From an uncultured Gemmatimonadaceae bacterium (lineage in GTDB: Bacteria > Gemmatimonadota > Gemmatimonadetes > Gemmatimonadales > Gemmatimonadaceae): 64,000 bases of DNA. Below are positions 29,920 to 40,034 of this stretch, piece by piece. The stretch's first letter is position 1, and each line of letters opens with the position of its first letter. The notes beneath the pieces were generated by a model. That model made no database searches, had not been told where the DNA came from, and worked only from the letters and a program-made list of their open reading frames with translations. Made by a program: the position numbers and the translations under genes. The DNA lies in assembly GCA_963790305.1 (NCBI GenBank), contig CAWBOC010000007.1:160001-224000 (forward strand), in the 5' to 3' direction.

Positions 29920-30897
29920 CTAAGTCGCAAACCGCGTCAGCCCCTTCTTGTAGCTCTCGACCACGAGGGGGAGATACTTCGAGACCGGCGTGTATTGCAC
30001 TCCGAGCTCGTGCTGGGCGTGCGTCCCGTCGGCGCGGAAGCCGATCGAGGTGAAGCGCGCCTCATCGATCGACAAGACCGGACGCTTGCCTAACGCGAGC
30101 CCCAGGGCGGTCGCGATGTAGGCACTGGCCACGGCCAGCTTGCGCGGCAGCGGAAACGGCGGACGCTTTCCCGCCAGCCGCGCGACCTTCGCCAGGAACT
30201 GTCGGGGAGACATGGTCTCGCCGGAGAGGATGTAGCGCTCGCCGTCCTTCCCGCGCTCGAAGGCAAGGATGATCGCCTCGGCCGCATCGTAGGCCCAGAT
30301 CCACCCGACCGGCGCATTGCCCGCGAATCGGCGCTGACCGGTGAGCGTCTCGCTGATCATGCGGCCGCACCAGCCCGGATCGGCAGGGCTGACGATGATC
30401 CCCGGATTGACGACGATGACCTCGATGCCCTTCGCCCGGAGCTTCAGCGCCGTCTTCTCGGCCGCGACCTTGGTGCGCTCGAAGTGCGAGAGCGTCCACC
30501 CGCGGTGGTGCGTCCACTCGTTGCCGAGCTGGCCGGGAAACTCGCCAATCGTCACGCACGACGAGACGTACACGGCGCGCGGGACCTTGGCGACGACGGC
30601 AGCCGCCAGCGTGTTCTTCGTACCGTCGACGTTCACGGTATCGAACACGCCAGGCTTGCGGGCCCAGAGATCGAAGAAGTTCGCGACATGAAACACCACG
30701 TCGCATCCCTTCATGGCTTTCACGAGGACGTCGGGATTGGTGAGGTCGCCCACGACAGGCTGCGCCTTGAGGTTCTCCATCAAGGTGACGCCATTGCGGC
30801 GCCGGACCAACCCAACCACCCGATGCCCGCGGCGAGTGAGCGCGCTCACCAAGGCGCGTCCCAAGGGGCTCGCCGCCCCGGTCACAAACGCTCGCAT
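29920..30897 (-). CDS. NAD-dependent epimerase/dehydratase (extended SDR) with atypical motifs
   Basis: FVTGAASPLG, DVVFHVA, NVDGT, FERTK, VNPG. Confidence 0.82.
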   Translation of the reverse strand: MRAFVTGAASPLGRALVSALTRRGHRVVGLVRRRNGVTLMENLKAQPVVGDLTNPDVLVKAMKGCDVVFHVANFFDLWARKPGVFDTVNVDGTKNTLAAAVVAKVPRAVYVSSCVTIGEFPGQLGNEWTHHRGWTLSHFERTKVAAEKTALKLRAKGIEVIVVNPGIIVSPADPGWCGRMISETLTGQRRFAGNAPVGWIWAYDAAEAIILAFERGKDGERYILSGETMSPRQFLAKVARLAGKRPPFPLPRKLAVASAYIATALGLALGKRPVLSIDEARFTSIGFRADGTHAQHELGVQYTPVSKYLPLVVESYKKGLTRFAT

Positions 30898-31111
30898 TGG
30901 CACCTCCAACCTATGGGAGGGACGCAGTAGAAACGCGCGCGTCACTCGTGGATCGACACCGTTGCACAATGCGCGAACGCTTGATTCGCGCATTGCCGCG
31001 CGGGTATCTTGACGCCCCCGAATCGCTCGCGCTTCCACATTCGGGCGCCCTCTGGGCAGGGTGCGCGCGCGAACCAGACCGAATCAGGCCGAAACGACGA
31101 GGTCCGTCGCG

Positions 31112-32482
31112 ATGGCATCCCCGAAGGAAGAGCGACCGGTCGCGGCGCTGCTCGCCCCCGACATCCTGGCGCTGCTCGATGAATCGCCGGCCGATGTCGC
31201 GGCCGAGACCGAAGAGCTGCATCCCGCCAATCTCGCCGACATCGCCGAGGCGCTGCCTCGCGAGCGCCTCGCGCAGCTCATGCGCGCGCTTCCCGCGGCG
31301 CGGGCGGCCGATGTGCTCGAGTATCTCGACGAGGAGCTGCGATCGGAGCTGCTCGAGGAGCTGAGCGCGCGGCAGGCGGCCGAGCTGGTGTCGCAGATGA
31401 CACCGGACGATCGTGCCGACGCACTCGAGGATCTCGAGGAGGGGCGCGCCGACGAGATCCTTTCGGAAATCGCCGGCGACGCGCGGGGGGAGACCGAGCG
31501 GCTGCTGGCGTACGAGCCGGACACTGCCGGTGGCCTGATGACGACGGAGGTCGTCGCGGTCCCGGACGCCGCCTCGGTCGACGCCGCGCTCGAGAGCGTT
31601 CGAGCCGCCGCCCGCGCGGGACGGAGGGAGGCGATGTACGCCATCTACGCACTCGATGCTACGGGTGTGCTCCGCGGTGTATTCTCGCTGCGCGAGCTGC
31701 TCGCCGCTCCACCGGGGTCGCGCGTGTCCGACATCTCGTGGCACGACGTCGTCAGCGTGCCCCCCAGCGCGGATCGCGAGGAGGTCGCGCGACTCACCTC
31801 GAAGTACGATCTCGTCGCCGTCCCTGTAGTCGACCCGAATGGTCGGTTGCTCGGCGCCGTTACCGTCGATGACGTCATCGACGCGATCGTCGAGGAGCAG
31901 ACGGAGGATGTGCAGCGACTCGGCGCCGTCGAGCCGCTCGAGGCGCCCTACTTTCAGGCGAGCTTCTGGAGCATCGCGCGCAAGCGGGCGGGGTGGCTGG
32001 TGCTGCTGTTCTTCGCCGAGCTGTTGACGGCGACGGCGATGGCGCGATACGAGGCGACGCTTGCCGGCGCGCTCGCGCTGGTGTTCTTCGTCCCGCTCAT
32101 CATCAGCTCGGGGGGAAACTCGGGCTCCCAATCAGCGACCCTCATCACGCGAGCCCTGGCCGTGGGTGATGTCGAGCTGCGCGACGCGTTGCGGGTCCTC
32201 ACGCGCGAAGGCCTCCAGGGACTTGCGCTCGGCACGTTCCTCGGCGCGTTCGGATTCATCCGCGTCATCCTGGGCGGAGAGCCCATCGCGTTTGCGCTGG
32301 TCGTCAGCGTGACCCTGCTCGCCGTCGTCATCACCGGTACGCTCGTCGGCGCGACGCTGCCGCTCGTGTTCACGCGACTGGGCTTCGATCCCGCGATCGC
32401 GTCCTCTCCGTTCGTGGCATCGTTCGTCGATGTGGTGGGGATCCTGATCTATTTCTCGGTGGCGACGTGGCTGCTTGCTTGA
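31112..32482 (+). CDS. mgtE: Magnesium transporter MgtE
   Basis: HPANLA, TAGGLMT, CBS pair, SGGNSGSQ, DPAIASSPFV..VDVVG. Confidence 0.93.
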   Translation: MASPKEERPVAALLAPDILALLDESPADVAAETEELHPANLADIAEALPRERLAQLMRALPAARAADVLEYLDEELRSELLEELSARQAAELVSQMTPDDRADALEDLEEGRADEILSEIAGDARGETERLLAYEPDTAGGLMTTEVVAVPDAASVDAALESVRAAARAGRREAMYAIYALDATGVLRGVFSLRELLAAPPGSRVSDISWHDVVSVPPSADREEVARLTSKYDLVAVPVVDPNGRLLGAVTVDDVIDAIVEEQTEDVQRLGAVEPLEAPYFQASFWSIARKRAGWLVLLFFAELLTATAMARYEATLAGALALVFFVPLIISSGGNSGSQSATLITRALAVGDVELRDALRVLTREGLQGLALGTFLGAFGFIRVILGGEPIAFALVVSVTLLAVVITGTLVGATLPLVFTRLGFDPAIASSPFVASFVDVVGILIYFSVATWLLA

Positions 32483-32582
32483 GGTAGTCGAGGGTGTCGA
32501 GGAGGTCGAGGTAATCGAGGTGCAGGTGATCGAGGATGAAGTTTCCTCGATCACCTCGACATCCTCGACACCCTCGACTTCC
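32481..32582. repeat. 9-bp periodic palindrome, copy 3
   Basis: GAGGTAGTCGAGGGTGTCGAGG...GGTGATCGAGG ... CCTCGATCACCT...; overlaps the mgtE TGA. Confidence 0.92.
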
Positions 32583-32622
32583 ACTCGTAGTATGGACGCT
32601 CACGCCAACGGAGGTCCGCCAC

Positions 32623-33033
32623 ATGACTACGGTTCAGCGCGTCGCCCAGATCTTCGGCATCGTGTTTCTCGTGGTGGCGCTGTATGGCTTCACGCAGACG
32701 GGCATGGGCAACATGGAGTCCGACCCCGCTCGCGCGCCCCAGCTCCTCGGGCTGTTCGCGGTGAACGTGCTCCACAATGTGGTGCACCTGTTGTTCGGCA
32801 TTTGGGGGCTGGTCGCGTCGCGCACGTTCAGCGGCGCCAAGAGCTACGCCCAGATCGCGGGCGTGCTCTACCTGGTCCTGGCCGTCGCCGGCTTCATCGT
32901 GCCTAACGGGTTCGGCCTCGTCCCCCTGGGCGGCAACGATGTCTGGCTGCATCTCGTTCTCGGGCTCGTCCTCGCCGGCGTGGGGTTCACGGCGCGCGAG
33001 CTACGCCCGCCGGTGGTGGCGTCGCCGGTTTGA
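32623..33033 (+). CDS. DUF4383-family membrane protein
   Basis: LLGLFAVNVLHNVVHLLFG, DVWLHL; GGAGG RBS. Confidence 0.8.
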   Translation: MTTVQRVAQIFGIVFLVVALYGFTQTGMGNMESDPARAPQLLGLFAVNVLHNVVHLLFGIWGLVASRTFSGAKSYAQIAGVLYLVLAVAGFIVPNGFGLVPLGGNDVWLHLVLGLVLAGVGFTARELRPPVVASPV

Positions 33034-33036
33034 GCC

Positions 33037-33115
33037 CGAGGTAGTCGAGGTCGTCAAGGATGTCGAGGTGATCAAGGTGACGTCACCTCGATCACCTCGA
33101 CACCCTCGACTACCT
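33037..33115. repeat. 9-bp periodic palindrome, copy 4 (between convergent genes)
   Basis: GAGGTAGTCGAGG...GGTGATCAAGG ... CCTCGATCACCT...CCTCGACTACCT. Confidence 0.92.
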
Positions 33116-33120
33116 GTGCC

Positions 33121-33540
33121 TCAGTGCACGCCGTCAATGGTCGCCAGCGGAATGACTCCCCTGAAGGGGAGATAGAGCGCGTCGAATTCCTGACGTGTGA
33201 TGCGATCGCGAACGAGCAACGCGAGTCCCGCAAGCGACGCCACGTAGTGCGCGGTGCTCTCGATCGCCTGCGTGGAGCTGTCCGCCGTGTCACCGCGGTC
33301 CCAGCGCGTTCTCCTGGTGATGTCTCCCAGCTCGCTGAGCAGCTCTTCTCGCGCCTGTCGCCGGTCGCTCTCGGTCACGGCCCCAGCCACCGCGGAACCC
33401 GCGTCGTGCCATGCGTCCGTCACCGTCGTCCGCCAGGCTTCGATCACCTCCTGCCACTGCTCAATGGTGAGTCGCTGCATGGCCTCGAGGAACCGACTCA
33501 CTGCCAGTGTCCTCGGGCCGAACAGATTCTCGCCACTCAC
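33121..33540 (-). CDS. Hypothetical protein
   Basis: GTG start after GGAGAGG; helical composition. Confidence 0.65.
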   Translation of the reverse strand: MSGENLFGPRTLAVSRFLEAMQRLTIEQWQEVIEAWRTTVTDAWHDAGSAVAGAVTESDRRQAREELLSELGDITRRTRWDRGDTADSSTQAIESTAHYVASLAGLALLVRDRITRQEFDALYLPFRGVIPLATIDGVH

Positions 33541-33726
33541 CGCACCTCTCCGCTTGGAAGTGACCGGGGCGCTTGCAGCAGGGGTCAGGCCGCTGTGGGA
33601 ACGACCTGTCAGAGCCCTGACGTTCACTGCCGGGATCATCTGTTACCAGGTAGTTCGCGCATTTCTCTTGCGTTGCAGGTGCCGCGCACGAGGCTTTAGC
33701 CACGCAACATCTACGAGGACAGTCAC

Positions 33727-36700
33727 GTGACCCGTCCATTTGGCGCGCTCGCGCGCCTCCGCGGCCACCTGGCGCTGGCGAGCGCGATCGCCGCTTTCGC
33801 GCCCGCCACGCTTTCGGCTCAGTACTTCGGACAGAACAAGGTCCAGTACGAGTCGTTCGATTTCCGTGTGCTCCAAACGGACCATTTCGACATTCACTGG
33901 TATCCGGCGGAATCGCTCGCCACGGCCGACGCCGCGCGAATGGCCGAACGCTGGTACGCGCGCCTCTCGCAGGGGCTCACCCACGCGTTCTCCAAGAAGC
34001 CGATCATCTTCTACGCGAACCACCCGGACTTTCAGCAAACGAATGTCGTGGGCGGCTTCATCGATCAGAGCACTGGCGGCGTCACCGAGGGACTGCGGAC
34101 GCGTATCGTCATGCCCTTTACCGGCGTCTACGCCGAGAACGATCACGTGCTCGGCCACGAGATCGTGCACGGGTTTCAGTACGACATCGCGATGACGCAT
34201 GCCGGCGGCCTGCAAGCCCTGGGGAGTCTTCCACTCTGGGTGATCGAGGGAATCGCGGAGTACTTCTCGGTCGGCCGGGAGGACTCACATACCGCAATGT
34301 GGCTCCGCGACGCCGCGCTGCGAAACGACATCCCCACCATCAACCAGCTCACCCGTAGCAACCGGTACTTCCCGTATCGTTACGGTCAGGCGTTGTGGGC
34401 GTACATTGGCGGCAAGTACGGCGACGAGGCCGTCTCGCGCATCTTCCGGGTGTCGCTGCGCGAGGGCTTCGAGGCCGCGTTCCGCCGCGTGCTCAGCGCC
34501 TCGACCGATTCCGTGTCCAAGGAATGGCATGCGGCGATTCGTGAGGCGTACCTGCCAGTCATTCAGGCCCGCACGACGCCGGAGCAGGCGGGGACGCGTG
34601 TGCTCGAGCGGTCGGGCGGGCGCCGGGGCGAAACGGACATTTCTCCGTCACTCTCGCCCGACGGGCGCCGTCTCGCCTTCTTCTCCGGTCGCGGCATTTT
34701 CGGCATCGACCTCTACATCGCGGACCCGGAGAGCGGCAGGATCATCAAGCGCCTGACGAGCCCGAACAACGACAATCACTTCGACGCCCTGAGCTTCCTC
34801 GCCTCGGCCGGCTCATGGTCTCCCGATGGGCAGCGGCTCGTCTTCGTGACGCAGGTCGAAGGCGACCACGAGATCTCGGTGTACGACATGGGGCAGAATC
34901 GGATCGTACAGACATTCCGTCCGCCCGAGGCTGAAGCGATCACCGATCCGTCGTGGGGTCCGGATGGACGGATCGCGTTCGTCGGCTACGGCGGCGGCAT
35001 CAGCGATCTCTACATCCTCGATCCCACGAACGGTGAGGTGCAGCGGCTCACCGACGACCGGTATACCGAGCTGCACCCGGCGTGGTCCCCAGACGGGCGC
35101 ACGATCGCATTCGCGACGGACCGCGATCCGGCGACCGACTTCGAGCAGCTCGCGTATGCCGAATTACGTCTCGCGCTCATCGATCCCGCGACGCGTGAGG
35201 TCCGTCTCGTTCCGCGTATCGCCGAGCGAGCGAAGCATACGAACCCGCAGTGGGCGCCCGACGGGCAATCGATCTTCTTCATCTCCGATCGCGGTGGGGT
35301 GAGCGACATCTATCGGTGGTCGCTCGATGGCACGGCCACTCAGGTCACGCGACTCGCGACCGGCGTCAGCGGGATCACGTCGTCCTCACCCGCGTTGACC
35401 GTCGCGCGCCAGAGCGGCCGGATGCTGATCTCCGTGTTCACGAACCAGGGGACGTCGCTGTTTCGTCTCGAGCCGCAGCAAACGGCGGGCAGTCCGTTGG
35501 TCGAAAGCGAGGGACAGCTGACCGCCGGAATCCTGCCTCCGGCGACACGAAGCAACATCGTCGCTGCCTATCTCGATTCCCCACTGCCGGGCCTTCCCCC
35601 ACCGTCGACTCCGTTCACCGTGACGGAGTATCGGCCGCGGCTGCAGCTCGACTACATCGGTGCGCCAGCGTTAGGCGTCGCGACCAGCCCATTCGGAACC
35701 GGTCTCTCGGGGGCGATCGCGCTGTACTTCGGCGACATGCTCGGCGACCGCGTCGTGGGCGGCGCCGTCCAGGCGCAGGGCTCGTTCAAGGACATCGGTG
35801 GCGAGGTGTTCTATCTCAACCAGAAGGGCCGGTGGAACTGGCTCGTCAGCGGGTCGCACATTCCGTATCTGAGCGGCTTCGCGGTTGGGTACGACACGCT
35901 GATTGGCGGAAGCGTGTACGACGTCATCGAGCGACAGCTGCAGCGCGCGTTCTACGACGAGATCGGCGGCACGATCCAGTACCCCTTCTCGCAGACGCGC
36001 CGGTTCGAGCTCGGGGTGTCGGGGACGCACGTCTCGTACGACGTGGAGATCGAGCGGTACTTCTTCGATCCCTTCCAGCAGGTCGGTCAGGAACGAGTCG
36101 GTGGACAGGCGCCTCCGGGCGCGACGTACGGCCAGGCGTCGGCGGCGCTGGTGGGCGACTACTCCGTGTTTGGCCTGACGTCACCGGTGGCCGGTGGACG
36201 CTGGCGGTTCGAAGTCTCGCCGGTGTTCGGCGATCTCAACTTCCAGGGCTTTCTGGCCGATTGGCGGCGATATTTCTACGCGCGGCCGGTGACCTTGGCG
36301 TTCCGCGCGCTCCACTTCGGCCGATATGGAAGGGACGCGGAGAGCAATCGCATCTCTCCGCTGTTCATCGGATTCGAATCGCTCGTGCGCGGCTATGCCT
36401 CGGAGTCCTTCGACGGCAGCGAGTGCTCGCGCAGCTCGTCCGACTGTCCGGAGTTCGACCGCCTGATCGGGAGTCGTATCGGCGTCGCCAGTCTCGAGAT
36501 GCGCATCCCGCTACTCGGCCCGGAGGGGTTCGGGTTGATTCCGTTCAACTTCCTTCCGCTCGAGATCGCGCCGTTCCTCGACGTCGGCGCCGCGTGGACC
36601 CAGGATCAGGGCGTACGCTTCGCCTTTGATCGCGAGACGCTCGACCGTGTTCCCGTGGCGAGCTATGGCGCGAGCGCGCGGGTGAACTTGTTAGGCTACG

Positions 36701-36783
36701 CCGTGCTGGAAGCGTACTACGCGTTCCCGACGCACCGAAGCAAGGGATGGCACTGGGGGTTCAATTTCTCCCCTGGTTGGTAA
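33727..36783 (+). CDS. Omp85/BamA-TamA family protein with an N-terminal HExxH peptidase-like domain and TolB-like PD40 repeats
   Basis: QYFGQNKVQY, HEIVH...W.IEG.AEY, repeated WSPDG, VRGY motif, terminal aromatic beta-strand. Confidence 0.82.
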   Translation: MTRPFGALARLRGHLALASAIAAFAPATLSAQYFGQNKVQYESFDFRVLQTDHFDIHWYPAESLATADAARMAERWYARLSQGLTHAFSKKPIIFYANHPDFQQTNVVGGFIDQSTGGVTEGLRTRIVMPFTGVYAENDHVLGHEIVHGFQYDIAMTHAGGLQALGSLPLWVIEGIAEYFSVGREDSHTAMWLRDAALRNDIPTINQLTRSNRYFPYRYGQALWAYIGGKYGDEAVSRIFRVSLREGFEAAFRRVLSASTDSVSKEWHAAIREAYLPVIQARTTPEQAGTRVLERSGGRRGETDISPSLSPDGRRLAFFSGRGIFGIDLYIADPESGRIIKRLTSPNNDNHFDALSFLASAGSWSPDGQRLVFVTQVEGDHEISVYDMGQNRIVQTFRPPEAEAITDPSWGPDGRIAFVGYGGGISDLYILDPTNGEVQRLTDDRYTELHPAWSPDGRTIAFATDRDPATDFEQLAYAELRLALIDPATREVRLVPRIAERAKHTNPQWAPDGQSIFFISDRGGVSDIYRWSLDGTATQVTRLATGVSGITSSSPALTVARQSGRMLISVFTNQGTSLFRLEPQQTAGSPLVESEGQLTAGILPPATRSNIVAAYLDSPLPGLPPPSTPFTVTEYRPRLQLDYIGAPALGVATSPFGTGLSGAIALYFGDMLGDRVVGGAVQAQGSFKDIGGEVFYLNQKGRWNWLVSGSHIPYLSGFAVGYDTLIGGSVYDVIERQLQRAFYDEIGGTIQYPFSQTRRFELGVSGTHVSYDVEIERYFFDPFQQVGQERVGGQAPPGATYGQASAALVGDYSVFGLTSPVAGGRWRFEVSPVFGDLNFQGFLADWRRYFYARPVTLAFRALHFGRYGRDAESNRISPLFIGFESLVRGYASESFDGSECSRSSSDCPEFDRLIGSRIGVASLEMRIPLLGPEGFGLIPFNFLPLEIAPFLDVGAAWTQDQGVRFAFDRETLDRVPVASYGASARVNLLGYAVLEAYYAFPTHRSKGWHWGFNFSPGW

Positions 36784-36794
36784 GCGACGAGGCC

Positions 36795-38795
36795 TCAGGG
36801 GGAGAAAGGCAACGGGGGTCGCGCGACGCGCGACCCCCGTTGTTTCATCAGAATGAGCGCAGCGGCCTTTTCGCTGCGCCTTTCCGCCCCTGATCCCTGA
36901 CTCCTGACTCCTGACCCCTCGTCGGAAGCTTTCTCGCTCGCACCAACCATTCCGACAATTCCTTCCTCTAGCCACGCATGCTCTCCCTTCAGCACGCGCT
37001 GAGAGACCTTGTAGAGACGGTCGTCGTTGGGGCCAAAGAAGTCACGGAAATGTTGCGCAATGCGATGCCGCGCCTCGAGGCAGAACAGGTCGGCTAGCTC
37101 GACTGCTTCCTTGCGGCCCTGCTTCTTCGCCAGCATGTGCGCGCGCGAGCAGCTCGCGGACATCGCGAACAGCTCCGCTCCAATGTCGACGGCGCGGAAG
37201 AGAACCATCTGCTTGCGCTCGAGCTTCGGGCCGAACCGCACCATGGCGTGAAAGATCGCGCGCGACAACCTCCGTGACGTGCGCTCGGCGTAGCGCATGT
37301 GCGTCGCCAGACGTCCGAACTCGCCGAAGCGCGGCCAGCGGCCCCACCCGACCCACCGCGTCGGGTACCAGGTGGCGTAAAAGGCCCCTGCCTTGGCGAA
37401 GGCGGAGAGCTTCTTCGAGAGAGGGACATCCTTCTCGATGATGTCACCAGCCACCTTCAGGTGCGTGTCCACCGCCTCACGAGCGATGAAGAGGCGCATG
37501 ATCTCCGACGATCCCTCGAAGATCAGGTTGATGCGGTAGTCTCGCATCGCCCGCTCGACCGGAATCGGCGCCTCGCCACGGCTCTCCAGCGACGCGGCGG
37601 TCTCGTACCCGCGCCCACCGCGGATCTGGAGCGTCTCATCGACGATCCGCCATCCGGCCTCGGTATTCCACATCTTGGCGATGGCCGCCTCGAGCCGAAT
37701 GTCGTAGCCACCGCGATCGGCCATCGCGCTGCACAGCTCGGCCACCGCCTCCATGGCGAACGTATTGGCGGCCATTTTCGCCAGCTTCTGCGCAATCGCC
37801 TCGTGCTTGCCGATCGGCTGCCCCCACTGCACGCGCTCCGCCGCCCACGTCCGCGCCACTTGCAGCATCGCCTTGGCACCACCCGCGGCGCTCGCCGGCA
37901 GCGTCAGACGGCCGGTGTTGAGGGTGATGAGCGCAAGCTTGAGCCCCTTCCCTTCTCCCCAGAGAATGTTCTCCCGCGGGACTTTGACGTTCGTGAAGCG
38001 GATGACGCCGTTCTCGAGCGCCTTGAGGCCCATGAAGTGCAGCCGCTGTACGACCTCGACGCCAGGCGCCTTCGCTTCGACGATGAACGCGGTGATCTGC
38101 TTGCGCGGCTTTCCGTTGACGATCGCGTCGGGAGTGCGCGCCATGACGACGAGCAGCTCGGCGCGCGTGCCGTTCGTGCACCACAGCTTCTCACCGTTGA
38201 GGATGAAGTGCTTGCCATCCGCGGTCGGCGTCGCCGTCGTGCGCATGTTCGCCGGATCGCTGCCGGCGTCGACCTCGGTGAGGGCGAACGCCGAGATCGC
38301 TCCCTTGGCGAGACGCGGGAAGAACTTCTTCTTCTGCTCGTCGGTCCCGAACAGCTTGAGCGGGTTTGGGACGCCGATGGATTGATGCGCGGAAAGCAGG
38401 GCGGTGAGCGAGCCATCCTTCGACGTGACGATCTCCATCGCGCGGATGTAGCTCATCTGCGAAAGACCGAGCCCGCCATATTCGCGCGGAATCTTGATGC
38501 CGAAGGCACCCATGTCGCGCAGCTCCTGCACGAGCGGCTCGGGAATGTGGCCGGTCCGATCGATCTCGTCGGAATCGACACGCTCCATGAACGCGCGCAG
38601 CTTGTCCATGAACGGCTTCGCGCGCGCGACCTCGGCCGGATCGTCTTCCGGGTGCGGGTGAATCAGCTCGGGGCGATAGCTCCCGAGAAAGAGATCGCGC
38701 ACGAAGCTCGGCTCGCGCCATTCGCTCTCGCGCGCCGCCTCGGCGACATCGCGGGCTTCCTTCTCGGTCGCGAGCGCCTGCGTCGAATCAGCCAT
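36795..38795 (-). CDS. Acyl-CoA dehydrogenase (long type)
   Basis: AFALTEVDAGSD, NGEKLWCTNG, LQIRGGRGYE, IFEGSSEI; extreme C-terminus uncertain. Confidence 0.9.
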   Translation of the reverse strand: MADSTQALATEKEARDVAEAARESEWREPSFVRDLFLGSYRPELIHPHPEDDPAEVARAKPFMDKLRAFMERVDSDEIDRTGHIPEPLVQELRDMGAFGIKIPREYGGLGLSQMSYIRAMEIVTSKDGSLTALLSAHQSIGVPNPLKLFGTDEQKKKFFPRLAKGAISAFALTEVDAGSDPANMRTTATPTADGKHFILNGEKLWCTNGTRAELLVVMARTPDAIVNGKPRKQITAFIVEAKAPGVEVVQRLHFMGLKALENGVIRFTNVKVPRENILWGEGKGLKLALITLNTGRLTLPASAAGGAKAMLQVARTWAAERVQWGQPIGKHEAIAQKLAKMAANTFAMEAVAELCSAMADRGGYDIRLEAAIAKMWNTEAGWRIVDETLQIRGGRGYETAASLESRGEAPIPVERAMRDYRINLIFEGSSEIMRLFIAREAVDTHLKVAGDIIEKDVPLSKKLSAFAKAGAFYATWYPTRWVGWGRWPRFGEFGRLATHMRYAERTSRRLSRAIFHAMVRFGPKLERKQMVLFRAVDIGAELFAMSASCSRAHMLAKKQGRKEAVELADLFCLEARHRIAQHFRDFFGPNDDRLYKVSQRVLKGEHAWLEEGIVGMVGASEKASDEGSGVRSQGSGAERRSEKAAALILMKQRGSRVARPPLPFSP
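36810..36846. terminator. GC-rich hairpin between convergent genes, likely a terminator
   Basis: CAACGGGGGTCGCGCG / CGCGCGACCCCCGTTG followed by TTTC. Confidence 0.7.
36887..36920. repeat. Heptamer array (CTCCTGA)n inside the dehydrogenase tail
   Basis: CCCCTGA TCCCTGA CTCCTGA CTCCTGA CCCCTC; translates EGSGVRSQGSG. Confidence 0.85.
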
Positions 38796-38930
38796 GACCT
38801 GTCCTGTCGTCGGGTCCGCGTAGGGCGCGGACGTGAGCGCGCGGAGACCGCGCGGGCTTCTCTATAGTATTGGTAAGGGACCTGCTGCGATCAACGTGCA
38901 AGTACACTTGACGGCGAACCCTGCGCACGA

Positions 38931-40034
38931 TCACGGTTCCTTCGGTGGCGACACCACTTTGGGCCCGGCGAGTCCGCGCCGCATCATGGCGGTGATCTCC
39001 TCGTTCCACCGGGCAACATTGCGGCCGGTCGCCCACTGAACCATGACGATTTCGCGCTGACCAAAGGGAATCGCTCCGATTCGCTTGCCGAGGCGTTCGC
39101 CGGCAACGAGGTGAACGCTGAGCGAGTCTGCTGACCGCACGATGCCCAGATCACCCCGCGGCGAGGTGAAGGCATCCTGCACCCCCTTCACCTGCTTCGT
39201 GAGCACGGTCCAGGCGGGTCTGAGAGAATCGTGGCCCGTGAGCGTACTCGCCAAGGGAACATCGATCACCGGCAGCAGCTGGCAGTCTCCCGTTCCGAGC
39301 TCTTCGATCAGAACCGCCCGCCACCTGCCGTCGACTCTCGACGGATACCATTGCGCGCCGATCTCGATCAGCTCGTCCGGATTGAAGCCCTCGACCACGT
39401 TGGTGCACAATTCGTCCTTCGCGAGGTCTTTCGCGGAGCGCGCCAACGCCAGCCGGGCGACTGAATCGATCTTGCTCGCGGAAAAACGTGACAGCGCGAG
39501 CGAGGAGTCGCCATTGAAACGCGAAACGTAGTACGACTGATACCACCGCCCGCCGCGCGGCTCGCAGTCCTCGGTTTGACCGCTCCGTTCACCGATCGCG
39601 AGGTACTCCGATGACACGAACTTGATGTCGATTTCGCTCCAGCTGCAGCGCACGAGCTCCTTGCTCAACGAGTCCCTGGCGGTGCTGTCCTCGGCGTATA
39701 TCGGCTGAGGCAGCTCCCCGCGTGGAAGCTCGTGGCATATCTCGGCGATCACCGGCGCGGAGTCGGCCCGGACGCGCCAGAGGACATTCATCGTTTGATC
39801 GTCGGGCCCGCCCGTGGGACAGATCGGAGCGGTCCCTACTCGCCACCATCCGTCCGCGCGCGGAACGAGGAGGGCTGGAATCGTGGCGCGTAAAGGCCGG
39901 GAGGCGTCGCGAACGATCCAGAGTGTCTCATAACCGCCGGGCTTCGCGACGCCGACGAGCACACCTGATTGCCCGGCGGCACTGGCGGCGCTGACGGCGA
40001 TTAGAGCGCTCGCGACGATAGGGCGTAGGGTCAT
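38931..40034 (-). CDS. Secreted hypothetical protein, paralog B
   Basis: Signal peptide; shares GYETxW, LLVPR..GWWR, SGQTExCEPRGGR, QWATG..VARW with its neighbour. Confidence 0.75.
   Translation of the reverse strand: MTLRPIVASALIAVSAASAAGQSGVLVGVAKPGGYETLWIVRDASRPLRATIPALLVPRADGWWRVGTAPICPTGGPDDQTMNVLWRVRADSAPVIAEICHELPRGELPQPIYAEDSTARDSLSKELVRCSWSEIDIKFVSSEYLAIGERSGQTEDCEPRGGRWYQSYYVSRFNGDSSLALSRFSASKIDSVARLALARSAKDLAKDELCTNVVEGFNPDELIEIGAQWYPSRVDGRWRAVLIEELGTGDCQLLPVIDVPLASTLTGHDSLRPAWTVLTKQVKGVQDAFTSPRGDLGIVRSADSLSVHLVAGERLGKRIGAIPFGQREIVMVQWATGRNVARWNEEITAMMRRGLAGPKVVSPPKEP

Noticed and set aside
30900..31111. Mg2+ (M-box) riboswitch upstream of mgtE
   Set aside because: No recognisable consensus or terminator in this divergent intergenic region.
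38899..38910. Palindrome CAAGT-AC-ACTTG upstream of the acyl-CoA dehydrogenase as an operator
   Set aside because: Only 5-bp arms and a single occurrence; too weak to call.
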